DNA of 64,000 nucleotides from Veleropilina oligotropha (taxonomy: Eukaryota): contig JBEUKZ010000080.1 in the NCBI GenBank assembly GCA_048128005.1, positions 124,001 through 188,000 on the forward strand, read 5' to 3'. This document shows positions 1 through 12,215 of this stretch, piece after piece. Position 1 is the stretch's first letter, and each line of letters starts with the position of its first letter. The notes beneath the pieces were generated by a model that was not told the DNA's origin, made no database searches, and saw nothing but the letters and a program-made list of their open reading frames with translations. Made by a program: the position numbers and the translations under genes.

Positions 1-855
1 CCCATGGCCCAGATGTCCAGTGAGCTATAAGCACTGGTCTGCCGCTTAACCGTCCATACACCAGGCTGTAGAGAATGACCCCCATGGCCCAGATGTCCAG
101 TGAATTATAAGCACTACTCGGCGGCTTACCCGTCCATACACCAGGCTGTAGAGAGTGACCCCCATGGCCCAGATGTCCAGTGAACTATAAGCACTACTCG
201 GCCGCTTAGCCATCCATACACCAGGCTGTAGAGAGTGACCCCCATGGCCCAGATGTCCAGTGAACTATAAGCACTATTCGGCCGGTTACCAGTCCATACA
301 CCAGGCTGTAGAGAGTGACCCCCATGGCCCAGATGTCCAGTGAACTATAAGCACTACTCTGCCGCTTACCCGTCCATACACCAGGCTGTAGAGAGTGACC
401 CCCATGGCCCAGATGTCCAGTGAACTATAAGCACTACTCGGCCGCTTACCCGTCCATACACCAGGCTGTAGAGAGTGACCCCAATGGCCCAGATGTCCAG
501 TGAACTATAAGCAATACTCTGCCGCTTACCCGTCCATACACCAGGCTGTAGAGAGTGACCCCCATGGCCCAGATGTCCAGTGAACTATAAGCACTATTCG
601 GCAGCTTACCCGTCCATACACCAGGCTGTAGAGAGTGACCCCCATGGCCCAGATGTCCAGTGAACTATAAGCACTACTCTGCCGCTTACCCATCCATACA
701 CCAGGCTGTAGAGAGTGACCCCCATGGCCCACTAATCTGCCGCTTACCCGTCCATACACCAGGCTGTAGAGAGTGACCCCCATGGCCCAGATGTCCAGTG
801 AACTATAAGCACTATTCGGCCGCTTACCCATCCATACACCAGGCTGTAGAGAGTG

Positions 856-1116
856 GGCCGCTTCGGTAGCGCAGTGGGTAGAGTGTCCACTCTAAATTCA
901 CTGGCTTGTTTCCGCTGACGCGAACAGTAGTGGGATCGACCCCCGGCTGAGGCAGCACACATTTGTTCAAGTTATGAAGCACAGTTGTCCGTGACTGGCC
1001 GAAGAGGGCGGGTTTACCCGGCGACCGGGGTTTCCTCCCGCGATAACACGGACATGTCCTGCCTTGAACCTCGATGTTATAAATATACAGGACATTAAGC
1101 ATAATTCCTCCTCCTC
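856..1116 (+). mobile_element. tRNA-derived SINE inserted into the exon-repeat array
   Basis: A-box-like TAGCGCAGTGG, B-box-like GGATCGACCCC, central GGTTTACCCGGCGACCGGGGTTTCCTCCC (resembles a V-type SINE domain, tentative), (CCT)n tail, and 12-bp target-site duplication CTGTAGAGAGTG at 844-855 and 1117-1128. Confidence 0.85.
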
Positions 1117-1340
1117 CTGTAGAGAGTGACCCCCATGGCCCAGATGTCCAGTGAAATATAAGCACTACTCTGCCGCTTACCCGTCCATACACCAGGCTGT
1201 AGAGAGTGACCCCCATGGCCCAGATGTCCAGTGAACTATAAGCACTACTCTGCCGCTTACCCGTCCATACACCAGGCTGTAGAGAGTGACCCCCATGGCC
1301 CAGATGTCCAGTGAACTATAAGCACTACTCTGCGGCTTAC

Positions 1341-1394
1341 CCGTCCATACACCAAGCTGTAGAGAGTGACCCCCATGGCCCAGATGTCCAGTGC
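1341..1394 (-). CDS. CAMKK: CaMKK coding exon 10 (ALDIWAMGVTLYSLVYGR; kinase subdomain IX)
   Basis: ttacAG|GCA...CGG|GTAAG, phase 0/0; DIWAMG motif; continues in frame from YSGK. Confidence 0.93.
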
Positions 1395-1644
1395 CTGTAA
1401 CATGGATTAATTAAAATGCAGGAGTAATGTTAACAACAAAAATGCTTTGCAGCATTAACTACACGCAGCAGCATAAATATTTAAAACTACATATGGTAAT
1501 AATATTTGCTGAAGGAATTGTGACATTTATTTATTGATATAATAATTATTAATGTCTATAATCTATATATCCTTATACGCAAATGTGAAACTCCCTGAAG
1601 ATATTAATTTGATTTAATACAGCCTTAACCCTATTAACCCGTTA

Positions 1645-1842
1645 ATCCGCTATAACAAGGTATCCCTTAAATGTCTATAACCCACAGTCTATAACGGGAC
1701 ATCCCTTAAATGTCAATAACCCATAGTCTATAACGGGGTATCCCTTAAATATCTATAGCCCATAGTCTATAACAGGTATCCCTTAAATGTCTATAACCCA
1801 TAGTCTATAACGGGGTATCACTTCAATGTCTATAACCCATAG
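1645..1842. repeat. ~39-bp minisatellite (CTATAACGGGGTATCCCTTAAATGTCTATAACCCATAGT), about 5 copies
   Basis: Direct tandem repetition visible. Confidence 0.85.
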
Positions 1843-2385
1843 TTCCACCACAGTGGGGTACGCATGTCACTATGCAAATACCAACTACTATCATAATGTT
1901 TGTTGCTCTATTCCAGTCAACTAGGTCAATCAATTAGTAGAATAAATGTTGATACATGCACAATTAGCAAGAACTTTTACAAACATCGTTATATAATGAT
2001 TTACATTATGAAACGATTGGGCACGTTGAAGGGCATGGTTGCAGGTCCTTCTCCAATCTGGTAGTGTTACAATGTAACTGGGACTGATTTGAGTATTGTG
2101 TTATTATCACTGATCAAACAAATATTCCAGAAAATATATGCGGAATCTAACACAATTGAATTTGTAGACCTATTTCCGCAATATCGATATTTGGAACACA
2201 TTATGTATGAATAACAAGCTACGAGCACAATAAACAGAGTAATAAACCAAATGATTACTATGACACCCGAATATAGGTGTCACGAGTCTATATTACAATT
2301 TATAAATACAATGTCATGTATAGGTATTAGGATAATAAGGTAAATATATAAACTTTATAATGAATTGATATCTCATAAATAGTTA

Positions 2386-3637
2386 CAGTGGATTCCACTT
2401 AATTGCATAATGCTTAATTGCATATTTCGGATATTTACATAAAATCTGCAGAAACATAATAGATTACTATTATTATCATATGTAAATAATCGCTTAATTG
2501 CATGCATTATTACCGGATTTTTGCTTATTTGCATAAGAAATTTTCCACTGCATAATTGACAAAACAATAAAATCGTTAAATTATTCAAAATACTTGCGTA
2601 TTTGCCAGTATGTTTTGCTACGCCATCGTAAAGATGTTTATTCAATGGTAACATTCTAAGTTTAACCATTTCTGCAACCTCGTGGGTTTCAAAATAATTA
2701 TTACTTCCGGAAAAAGTCGAAACTGAAATTCGGTAAACATCGATTCAGTGCTGAAATGTTATGGAAATGAGCGATGTCAATCGGGGATATTATGGGATGG
2801 CGGATATCGATCGATACAGTGGATAATCGGATTAAAAATCGTTTGTCCCGCGTCCAAATGACAGACTTTTGGGTTTATCTGAATGCAAAATCAAAGATTA
2901 GGCTTACGAATCAATGTAAAAGATGCTGTTACATGTATTCATGTGAACAACACTTAGTTCGCCGATAAATAACATAAGACAACAACAACACAACGTGTCT
3001 TTCCTTAAAGAAAATACAAAATTAAAAATATTATATCCCCTTATTTGTTTCCTAGATGTAGCATCATCGTTGAGAACCATGGTGATTTAATTATTATTTT
3101 AATTTATATATGAAGACGTCTTATAAGTTTTTTTATATCATATCATAATATACTGAAATAATTAAATATTGCAAGAAATAATTATTCAGTAATTGTAAAG
3201 ACGATTCGAGATTAAAACATGGCTAAATTTTCAACATGGCGGCCGATAACGCGACACGTGTTCAGCAGAAGAGAAACGTTCAGAATATGAATTTCCACAC
3301 CATAGTAATCTATGAAATGCGATGATACGCTTTCGAAACATATATAAATTCTACTGAAACAGGCTAGTCACCTTCAGGTCAGAATAACCACAAAATATTG
3401 TGTATACAATCCGTATTCATGGAAGGAAAAATACATTACACAAATTCTCCTTTGCAAATAAATTTATTACCAGGACATATATTTAATAATAAAGAACCAT
3501 TTTAAATACAAGTAAATATCATCGATGATTTCCAGCGAAATCAATTTCCGAAATTTACCTAACGGTTACACGCATAATCCGGTTAATTGCATAAATAATC
3601 GCGACAATCTCGCTATGCAAATAAGCGGAATCCACTG
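2386..3637. mobile_element. Non-autonomous Tc1/mariner (pogo/Tigger-like) MITE
   Basis: TIRs CAGTGGATTCCACTTAATTGCATA / TATGCAAATAAGCGGAATCCACTG, with TA on both sides (2384-85 and 3638-39). Confidence 0.85.
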
Positions 3638-3771
3638 TACTTCAACATTTCCTCTCAGGAGCCCACGGACAGGCATATTTAAGAATCAGGGTTAAGAAAA
3701 TTTAATTATGATTTTTTAATTGTGCTACCTGCATGGCCTTGCTGTATTTTCATAATTAGACTAATGCTAAC

Positions 3772-3797
3772 CTTTCCACTGTAATTTTCTCTTTCAT
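3772..3797 (-). CDS. CAMKK: CaMKK coding exon 9, 26-nt microexon (D)ERENYSGK
   Basis: tttttttcAG|AT GAA AGA GAA AAT TAC AGT GGA AAG|GTTAG; phase 1/0 matches both neighbours. Confidence 0.85.
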
Positions 3798-4107
3798 CTG
3801 AAAAAAAAATTTTTTATTTAGGATTTGGATATTCACATTATTTCTTAGAGGCAAACTGTATTATTTTCGCTGAAACACCCTCCGCCACCTATCTGGTATC
3901 GCTATGTGGACGACACATTGATGGTCGTTATTGACAAGATCACCGTCTCGAAGACAAATGGTCCGCAGTATCAACAGATCAGACCATTATTACTAAGTAT
4001 CGACTATTCAGACCATGCGTAATGACCAATAGTGATGGAGACATCAAGCTGAAGCGGCTACGTCTCTTGGCACTGAAGGTTACTCAGACTGGATGTTCAA
4101 AATACCC

Positions 4108-4472
4108 AAACAACAAACACAGGGGCTTCCCATCAACAACAAACTCAGGGGCTTCCCATCAACAACAAACTCAGGGGCTTCCCATCAACAACAAACTTAG
4201 GGGCTTCCCATCAACAACAAACTCAGGGGCTTCCCATCAACAACAAACTCAGGGGCTTCCCATTAACAACAAACTCAGGGGCTTCCCATCAACAACAAAC
4301 TCAGGGGCTTCCCATCAACAACAAACTCAGGGGCTTCCCATTAACAACAAACTCAGGGGCTTCCCATCAACAACAAACTCAGGGGCTTCCCATCAACAAC
4401 AAACTCAGGGACTTCCCATTAACAACAAACTCAGGGGCTTCCCATCAACAACAAACTCAGGGGCTTCCCATC
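4108..4472. repeat. 26-bp minisatellite (AACAACAAACTCAGGGGCTTCCCATC), about 14 copies
   Basis: Near-perfect tandem copies; explains the repetitive ORF 4022..4486. Confidence 0.95.
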
Positions 4473-4487
4473 ATGATATTAGATGAA

Positions 4488-5254
<767 letters not shown>

Positions 5255-6187
5255 TCACGATCACACCAAGCCTTCAATCACAGCCTTATGTTTATACCCA
5301 CAAAGATGCAATTTCATATTGATTGGACTTCATACATGACAAACTACATGTACTTTCAATTTACCCAAAAGATTTTGAAAATGCACATTGATATTAACAT
5401 GATCATTCGGAACATATATGTCTAAAACAAAACAAACTGTAGTAGAATCAACATCTGTAAACTATTAAATTTATGTATGGCAGCGATGGACAATTAAGAG
5501 GCAGAACAGATGGTTTACAGATGACCAGACAACTACAATTGCTTAACGTTTTCTATGACTACCAGTAATGTACTTCCTAAACACATACCAGTCTATTTCA
5601 CACCAATGAATATGTATGCCTATTTATCGAATGTATAAAAAAAATCGTACTTGGGTCCTGCTTTAAACTGTTACAAGGGTTAATATTAAACCATTTAGCA
5701 CGCAATTTATTCAATGCTATTATGTTACGTAAAGTGTTGGATATATAATTGCATGTATGTTCTGAATTTCCTGTTGTCAGGATATGTTTACCAAGGATAT
5801 GAAAAAAAGAAAGACGCATTGTGGCGTGCCAATGATGGAACTAGTCACGAAAGTGTTACTGGGGCTTCGTGTGAGGCGCATACGTGCGCGCCAGACTGAC
5901 AGAATTTCGAAATTTTCAAAAAAGTGTTACGAGGTAACACCATCATTTAGTGCCAGTGACGTAGTTAATACCGGGCCATTGGTTGACACCGGTCACATGA
6001 TATCAAAATGGCAGATGCGTTTGATGAGTTCAGAGAACCTGGAAGTTGATGTCACCGCATGAGTACAGAGGAAGCTAGTATATATAGTGTGTCTATACTG
6101 CACAATATAGCAAATTGGGGTTTGGTTTAATTATCATAAATTAATTAAGGGGAATTTGTAATAAATATACCATTTTATTCGCTACTT

Positions 6188-6362
6188 TTATTCCTCATTG
6201 GTATTAGTAATTGGTAATTGATTATTCCTCATTGGTATTAGTAATTGGTAATTGATTATTCCTCATTGGTATTAGTAATTGGTAATTGATTATTCCTCAT
6301 TGGTATTAGTAATTGGTAATTGATTATTCCTCATTGGTATTAGTAATTGGTAATTGATTATT
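6188..6362. repeat. 34-bp minisatellite (TTATTCCTCATTGGTATTAGTAATTGGTAATTGA) x5
   Basis: Perfect tandem copies. Confidence 0.95.
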
Positions 6363-6604
6363 TCTGATATACATTTGTGATTTGTAGAAAATATGCATAT
6401 ATCGGCATTTGCATCCATAGTCTTCATATAATACTTCATCATTGGGTGGGGGAGATACGTCACCGCCAATAACCTGAGGTCGCAAATGCAAGTAGCACAA
6501 TAATATTCACAACGTGACTATGTGATAAAAAATCTGCATTATTTCTCCAATAAATCTTGAAAAAGTGCATCATGCATTAATTAAATAGTTATATAAATTT
6601 ATCA

Positions 6605-7355
<751 letters not shown>

Positions 7356-7555
7356 TGTATCTACAGACTTACAATGCAACAAATATACAAATTATAATCA
7401 TATGCATTGACAATGACAGAATAACAAGTTACATAAACCTAATATCATATATGAAGATCAACAGTTATTACAAATAGGAAAATAAGTTTAACATTGTCGA
7501 GAAATTACGATGCCAAAAACCTAGAGAAGGCTGCTACAACTGATGTCATACAATA

Positions 7556-8940
7556 CACCCGAGATGTAGTTATAATGGAGTACTTAACAAATGCCATCTT
7601 CAGAAGACGAAAAAATAATTATCTCTGCCAGAGTATGAGCATAGCCAAAATGAAAACTTGACACATGGTTTTTTTAAAATAAAATCGGAAAAATTTAAAA
7701 TATGTGAAAATCAATAACATAACATTACTGACCGTTTGAAAATCGTGAATCTTGATCAGATTGTTCTTGAAATGCACGTGCAGGACAAAATTTTCAAGAA
7801 ATGTCAATTTCTGCTCTGAAATTACTACTGTACATCATTTATTCCGAAAGAGACAGTCATTGCATCATTTCGATAGTGTTTCTTCCGAAAAACATAAAGT
7901 TTTTTAACTGAGAAATTAATCAATGCCGGAAGTTGCGCGAATATTTGGATGCAGTCGACAGACGATCCACAATCTGAGAACACGACTCCAAGGAACTGGA
8001 ATCACAGCAGACCGCCCACGTCCAGATGTCCGACGTGTTACGACTCCAAATGAAGACCAACAAATCCGGTTAAGTCATCTTCGGAATCGTTTCGTGACGG
8101 CAACTTCAACCAGTAATGAACTCTTTCAACGTCGTGTGACACCCCAGACCATCAGAAACCGTCTTAGAGCTGCTGGCTTTCGAGCGCAAAGACCATATAC
8201 AGGATCGATATTGACTCCACTCCATCGACGTCGGCGGGTTGCATGGGCTCGAGAACACCTCAGATTCACCAGAGACAGTGGAACAGTCATCTTTAGTGAC
8301 AAGTCTCGTTTCACACTCAGATTTGCTGATGGACGTGTTAGGGAGAAGGGAGCGGTAGTACTCAGCTTGTGTCAGGGAGATTGACAGGTTTGCAGGTGGC
8401 AGTGTCATGGTTTGGGGAGCATTCACAGCTAACACCAGAACACAATTGATTGTCATCCAAGGAAATCTGATGGCAGCACAGTACAGGGATCAGGTCCTCA
8501 ATCCAGTTGTTTTGCCCTTCTACAGACAACATGGTCCTGGCCTCACATTTCAACATGACAATGCTACGCCGCACACTGCAAGACTGACACGTAACCTGCT
8601 TCAAGCTACAAATGTTGACGTCATGGAATGGCCATCACTTTCTCCAAATCTCAACCCCATTGAACACGTCTGGGATGAGTTTGGCAGCCAGTTGAGAAGG
8701 GTATCACGATTCACCCAAACCCAATTGAGAAGGCAGCGGGTACAGCCACAGACACTTCCGGAACTTGGCAGGGATCTGATCCACCAATGGCGCCGACTTC
8801 CGGTTAGAGTGTTCAGATGTGTTCTGCAGTCCATGAGGAGACGATGTGTAGCAGTAATGAACACTCGTGGTGGTCATAATCGCTATTGACGTTCTTCAAA
8901 TCTTTAATTCATGTTTGTGTTAACTACATTTTCGAGGGTG
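7556..8940 (+). mobile_element. Tc1-family DNA transposon
   Basis: Imperfect TIRs CACCCGAGATGTAGTTA / TAACTACATTTTCGAGGGTG, TA at left; contains transposase remnants. Confidence 0.85.
7923..8889 (+). pseudogene. Tc1 transposase (DD34E), frameshifted near 8340-8400
   Basis: HTH-like N-terminus, then FSDKSRF, FQHDNATPH and SPNLNPIE with 34 residues between the second D and E; split into ORFs 7923..8384 and 8407..8889. Confidence 0.9.
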
Positions 8941-9123
8941 TGTCATTCAAACAACTGTGTCTGAAAAATCACAGATTAAAAAACACTTTTTCTTCGTCAA
9001 TGTGTTAGATGGATTATTTTCTTAGAATAATTTACAAATTTATGTACACTAGCATATTTAGAACAAAAAATACATAAAATTTAAGAATTGTCCAGTTTTC
9101 AATTTTGCTGTGTATATACTTAC

Positions 9124-9212
9124 AATATTCAATACCAAGGACCACGTCTCGGAAATATTTCCATGCTTGCTCCTCAGACAGTGGATTCTGTGTTGGAATG
9201 TCTAGGACTTCT
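9124..9212 (-). CDS. CAMKK: CaMKK coding exon 6 (EVLDIPTQNPLSEEQAWKYFRDVVLGIEY)
   Basis: ttttgtAG|A GAA ... TAT T|GTAAG; sequence typical of the CaMKK alphaD-alphaE region. Confidence 0.95.
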
Positions 9213-9455
9213 CTACAAAAGGAAGACAGCAGTTGTACAGTCCAGTACTGAGTAGCAATGAGCATCAACAAAATTTAGTTTAGTCTATCTAGCTAGCATG
9301 CTATTTGATTTATATCAGACTTAATGCGCTCTCGCCATGAATGATACTCCAAATACTTCATCATTGAAATAAATAACATGGCTACTATCCATAACATATA
9401 TAATTGACACCAATTGAAAATGTAAAGATAATAATCAACACAATGAATTTCTTAC

Positions 9456-9477
9456 CCTTTTTCAACAAGTTCAAATG
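9456..9477 (-). CDS. CAMKK: CaMKK coding exon 5, 22-nt microexon (A)FELVEKG
   Basis: ctatttcAG|CA TTT GAA CTT GTT GAA AAA GG|GTAAG; phases 1/2 fit both neighbours; hinge region. Confidence 0.9.
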
Positions 9478-9914
9478 CTGAAATAGAAATTTGTGAATGT
9501 TACTTACTAAATAGAGTATTGAAATTTATTTACACAATATATCATTAGATATCAATATTACGATACTTTTACAAAAATAGTTTTATGTCAGATAAAGAAT
9601 AATTTTAAATTTCTCTTCATCAGAATTGATCAACAAACTTTAAAAAAGGTACGTTAAAATGAATTATGAATCCCATCTCTATGCTTTGGAAATTAATTAA
9701 CATTTTGGCCATGTCTGCTTCTCTGCATGTATGCATGTACATACAATCATCAGCCAATATATAAATGCCTGTAATCCAAATGTGATTACATCATGCCTCT
9801 TTAACATGCCCCTAGCCGAAAACGAATACTATCCATCCTCTACTTCATATTTTGTGCCCATATAAGGTTATATTTCTTACCCATATATGTGTATAAAAAC
9901 ACAGCTTGGTCAAT

Positions 9915-10083
9915 TGCAAGTGGATACGGTGCTGGTCTACTAACGAAATATCCTGGGTGTGTCAGCTTCATTGCCGCTTCCATTGTACATAGCGCTAAAT
10001 CATTTTATCATTCAAAGTCGATGGACCCGGTTTATGACTGAAATACGGTTGGCGTGGTCTTAAACATCAATTCATCATCATCA
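9915..10083 (+). mobile_element. Degraded SINE 3' fragment
   Basis: ATGACTGAAATAC..TTGGCGTGGTCTTAAACATCAA followed by a (TCA)n tail, resembling invertebrate SINE 3' ends; no head recognised. Confidence 0.4.
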
Positions 10084-10096
10084 AATATGGTTACGT

Positions 10097-10465
<369 letters not shown>

Positions 10466-10777
10466 TCAAACGGAGACATTACTTATCAAACAGAGACATT
10501 ACAATATCAATTGGAAACATTACTTATCAAACAGAGACTTATCGCAGGCATCTGAGATGAACCAGGCCGTTCGTCTAGACCTGGCAGCTGCCGCCCTCAA
10601 TTACAAATTGTATGCAGCTGAGATTAGATTCTTGGTAGCATGTCCACTTTGATTAATTCAGTGATAAATAATAATTTTACAAACATTGTTTCAAACTTAC
10701 TAAATCACAGTTAATTATCAGCTTTACATCTGTACATTATAACGATGCAGATTTTCCCATAAAATTGTTCAACTCAC

Positions 10778-10829
10778 GGAAAAAGCCGGCTTTCTTCAGT
10801 AATCGTTTTTTGGATAATATTTTCATGGC
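10778..10829 (-). CDS. CAMKK: CaMKK coding exon 3 (AMKILSKKRLLKKAGFF)
   Basis: Catalytic lysine motif AMK; atgcAG|GCC ... TTC C|GTGAGT. Confidence 0.95.
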
Positions 10830-12215
10830 CTGCATAAACAGATACATATATATGTTAGCAATAATTTTAGGATCATGCACAAATAAATATACCAATTTTA
10901 CTTTAGCTCATGTTGCTGAAGTTGGCACACATAACGAACACTGTCCGGTAACTGTGAAATCGAAGTAAAATCATCTTGATACTATTATGAAATAAGGGCA
11001 ATAACTCTGTTAATAATAGCGACACGACGTTGAAATGAGGATTAAGAGTAATCCTTAGTATCTATAATAATATACTTACGTCCTTACTAATGCCATAATA
11101 AGCCTATTATCGCTAAATCCGGACAAGGTGGAAATGGTAATTTGCACTTTTTAGTAAATTTAACCCAGTTGACCCACTGACCTGCTCGACCTCCTCCAGT
11201 TCATGTCTATTAAGAGCTCGCCAACTCCCGCGAGATCCTCGTGACCCAAGGGTCAAGACCTCATCCGAAGTTTCTGCAAACCCCAAGACAAAGAACTTAT
11301 ATAAGAGGGGAGGTGCGAAGCAGGGTGGGCCAAGTGGGTAAGGACGTAAGTATATTATTATAGATACTAGGGATTACTCTTAATCCTCATATCTATAGCA
11401 AATATACTTACGTCCTTACTAATGCCAAGAATAACTTTGGTTGGCGGAGTTATAAGTTCCATACACCAAAATTAAAACTTACTTGTTACCAGAAGACGAC
11501 GCTTTAGCGTTGAGATCGAGTCCGTTCAGAGTGGATTTTACTGAGCATCAAATCTACCCTTACCCCGAGGTGAGATTTCGACCAAGAAATCTGGGAAAAC
11601 ACGCCAGGGATGTTAGTCGGACAGGTAACACGAAAGTGCATGTGGCTCCGGACACCGGCGGAAGGTATACCTTGAGGCACTCGTGTCATGAGCAAAGACA
11701 GTGGACTGAATATTCCGGACTCAAAGGTCGGCAGACAGAAAACTGCAAGACGTGGTTTTTAGAAGCACCCGAACCTAGGCAGGTAGATAGTGTTATAAAA
11801 CCGTGACAATTATCAATAGATTGAAGAAAATTTCAATAACTTCATCTTGGATAATAAATTTTTTGCATGTCCAACTTGCAAAATGTCAACATGATACATG
11901 TTACTTAAATAATTTTAAGTAGAGAATAATATTAAAATTTTCCAATGTACGCACATTGAAATGTTCTGCGACAGCAAGGGGAACATTTTGAAAAATAATA
12001 TTATTTACAAAAAAACATTTTAAGATTTAATAATATAAATGTTTACATCCAATGTGGGCATTGCTTCATATTAACTCAGTATGAATAGATAATTTCAATT
12101 TCTTAATCAGTTTAAGAAAGAAATAACATTGGAGTAAATCCTAAAGGTGATTTCAATGTACACAAATAGAATTACATTATATTACCTCAGTGTCTGGTAA
12201 AATTCCATAAACCAA

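Larger units (their letters stand above)
1..1394 (-). repeat. 80-bp tandem array made of the CaMKK exon ALDIWAMGVTLYSLVYGR (53 nt) plus 27 nt of downstream intron including the GTAAG donor; about 15 copies visible, continues past the left edge
   Basis: CCCATGGCCCAGATG recurs at 1, 81, 161 ... 721. One unit near 721-780 is shortened, a SINE interrupts at 856-1116, and units resume up to the true exon at 1341-1394. Confidence 0.95.

Noticed and set aside
856..945. Functional tRNA gene
   Set aside because: Only the A/B boxes are tRNA-like. It is followed by a SINE body and tail and flanked by a TSD.
526..1216. Separate small kinase-like ORFs
   Set aside because: These are translations of the 80-bp exon repeat and the SINE, not independent genes.
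4022..4486. 154-aa repetitive protein
   Set aside because: By-product of a stop-free 26-bp minisatellite, antisense within an intron.
11483..11806. Plus-strand 107-aa ORF, or a spliced C-terminal YR extension, in the DIRS 3' island
   Set aside because: The frame is not conserved between copies. The spliced extension ends at the same TGA in B and C but stops after 4 codons in A.
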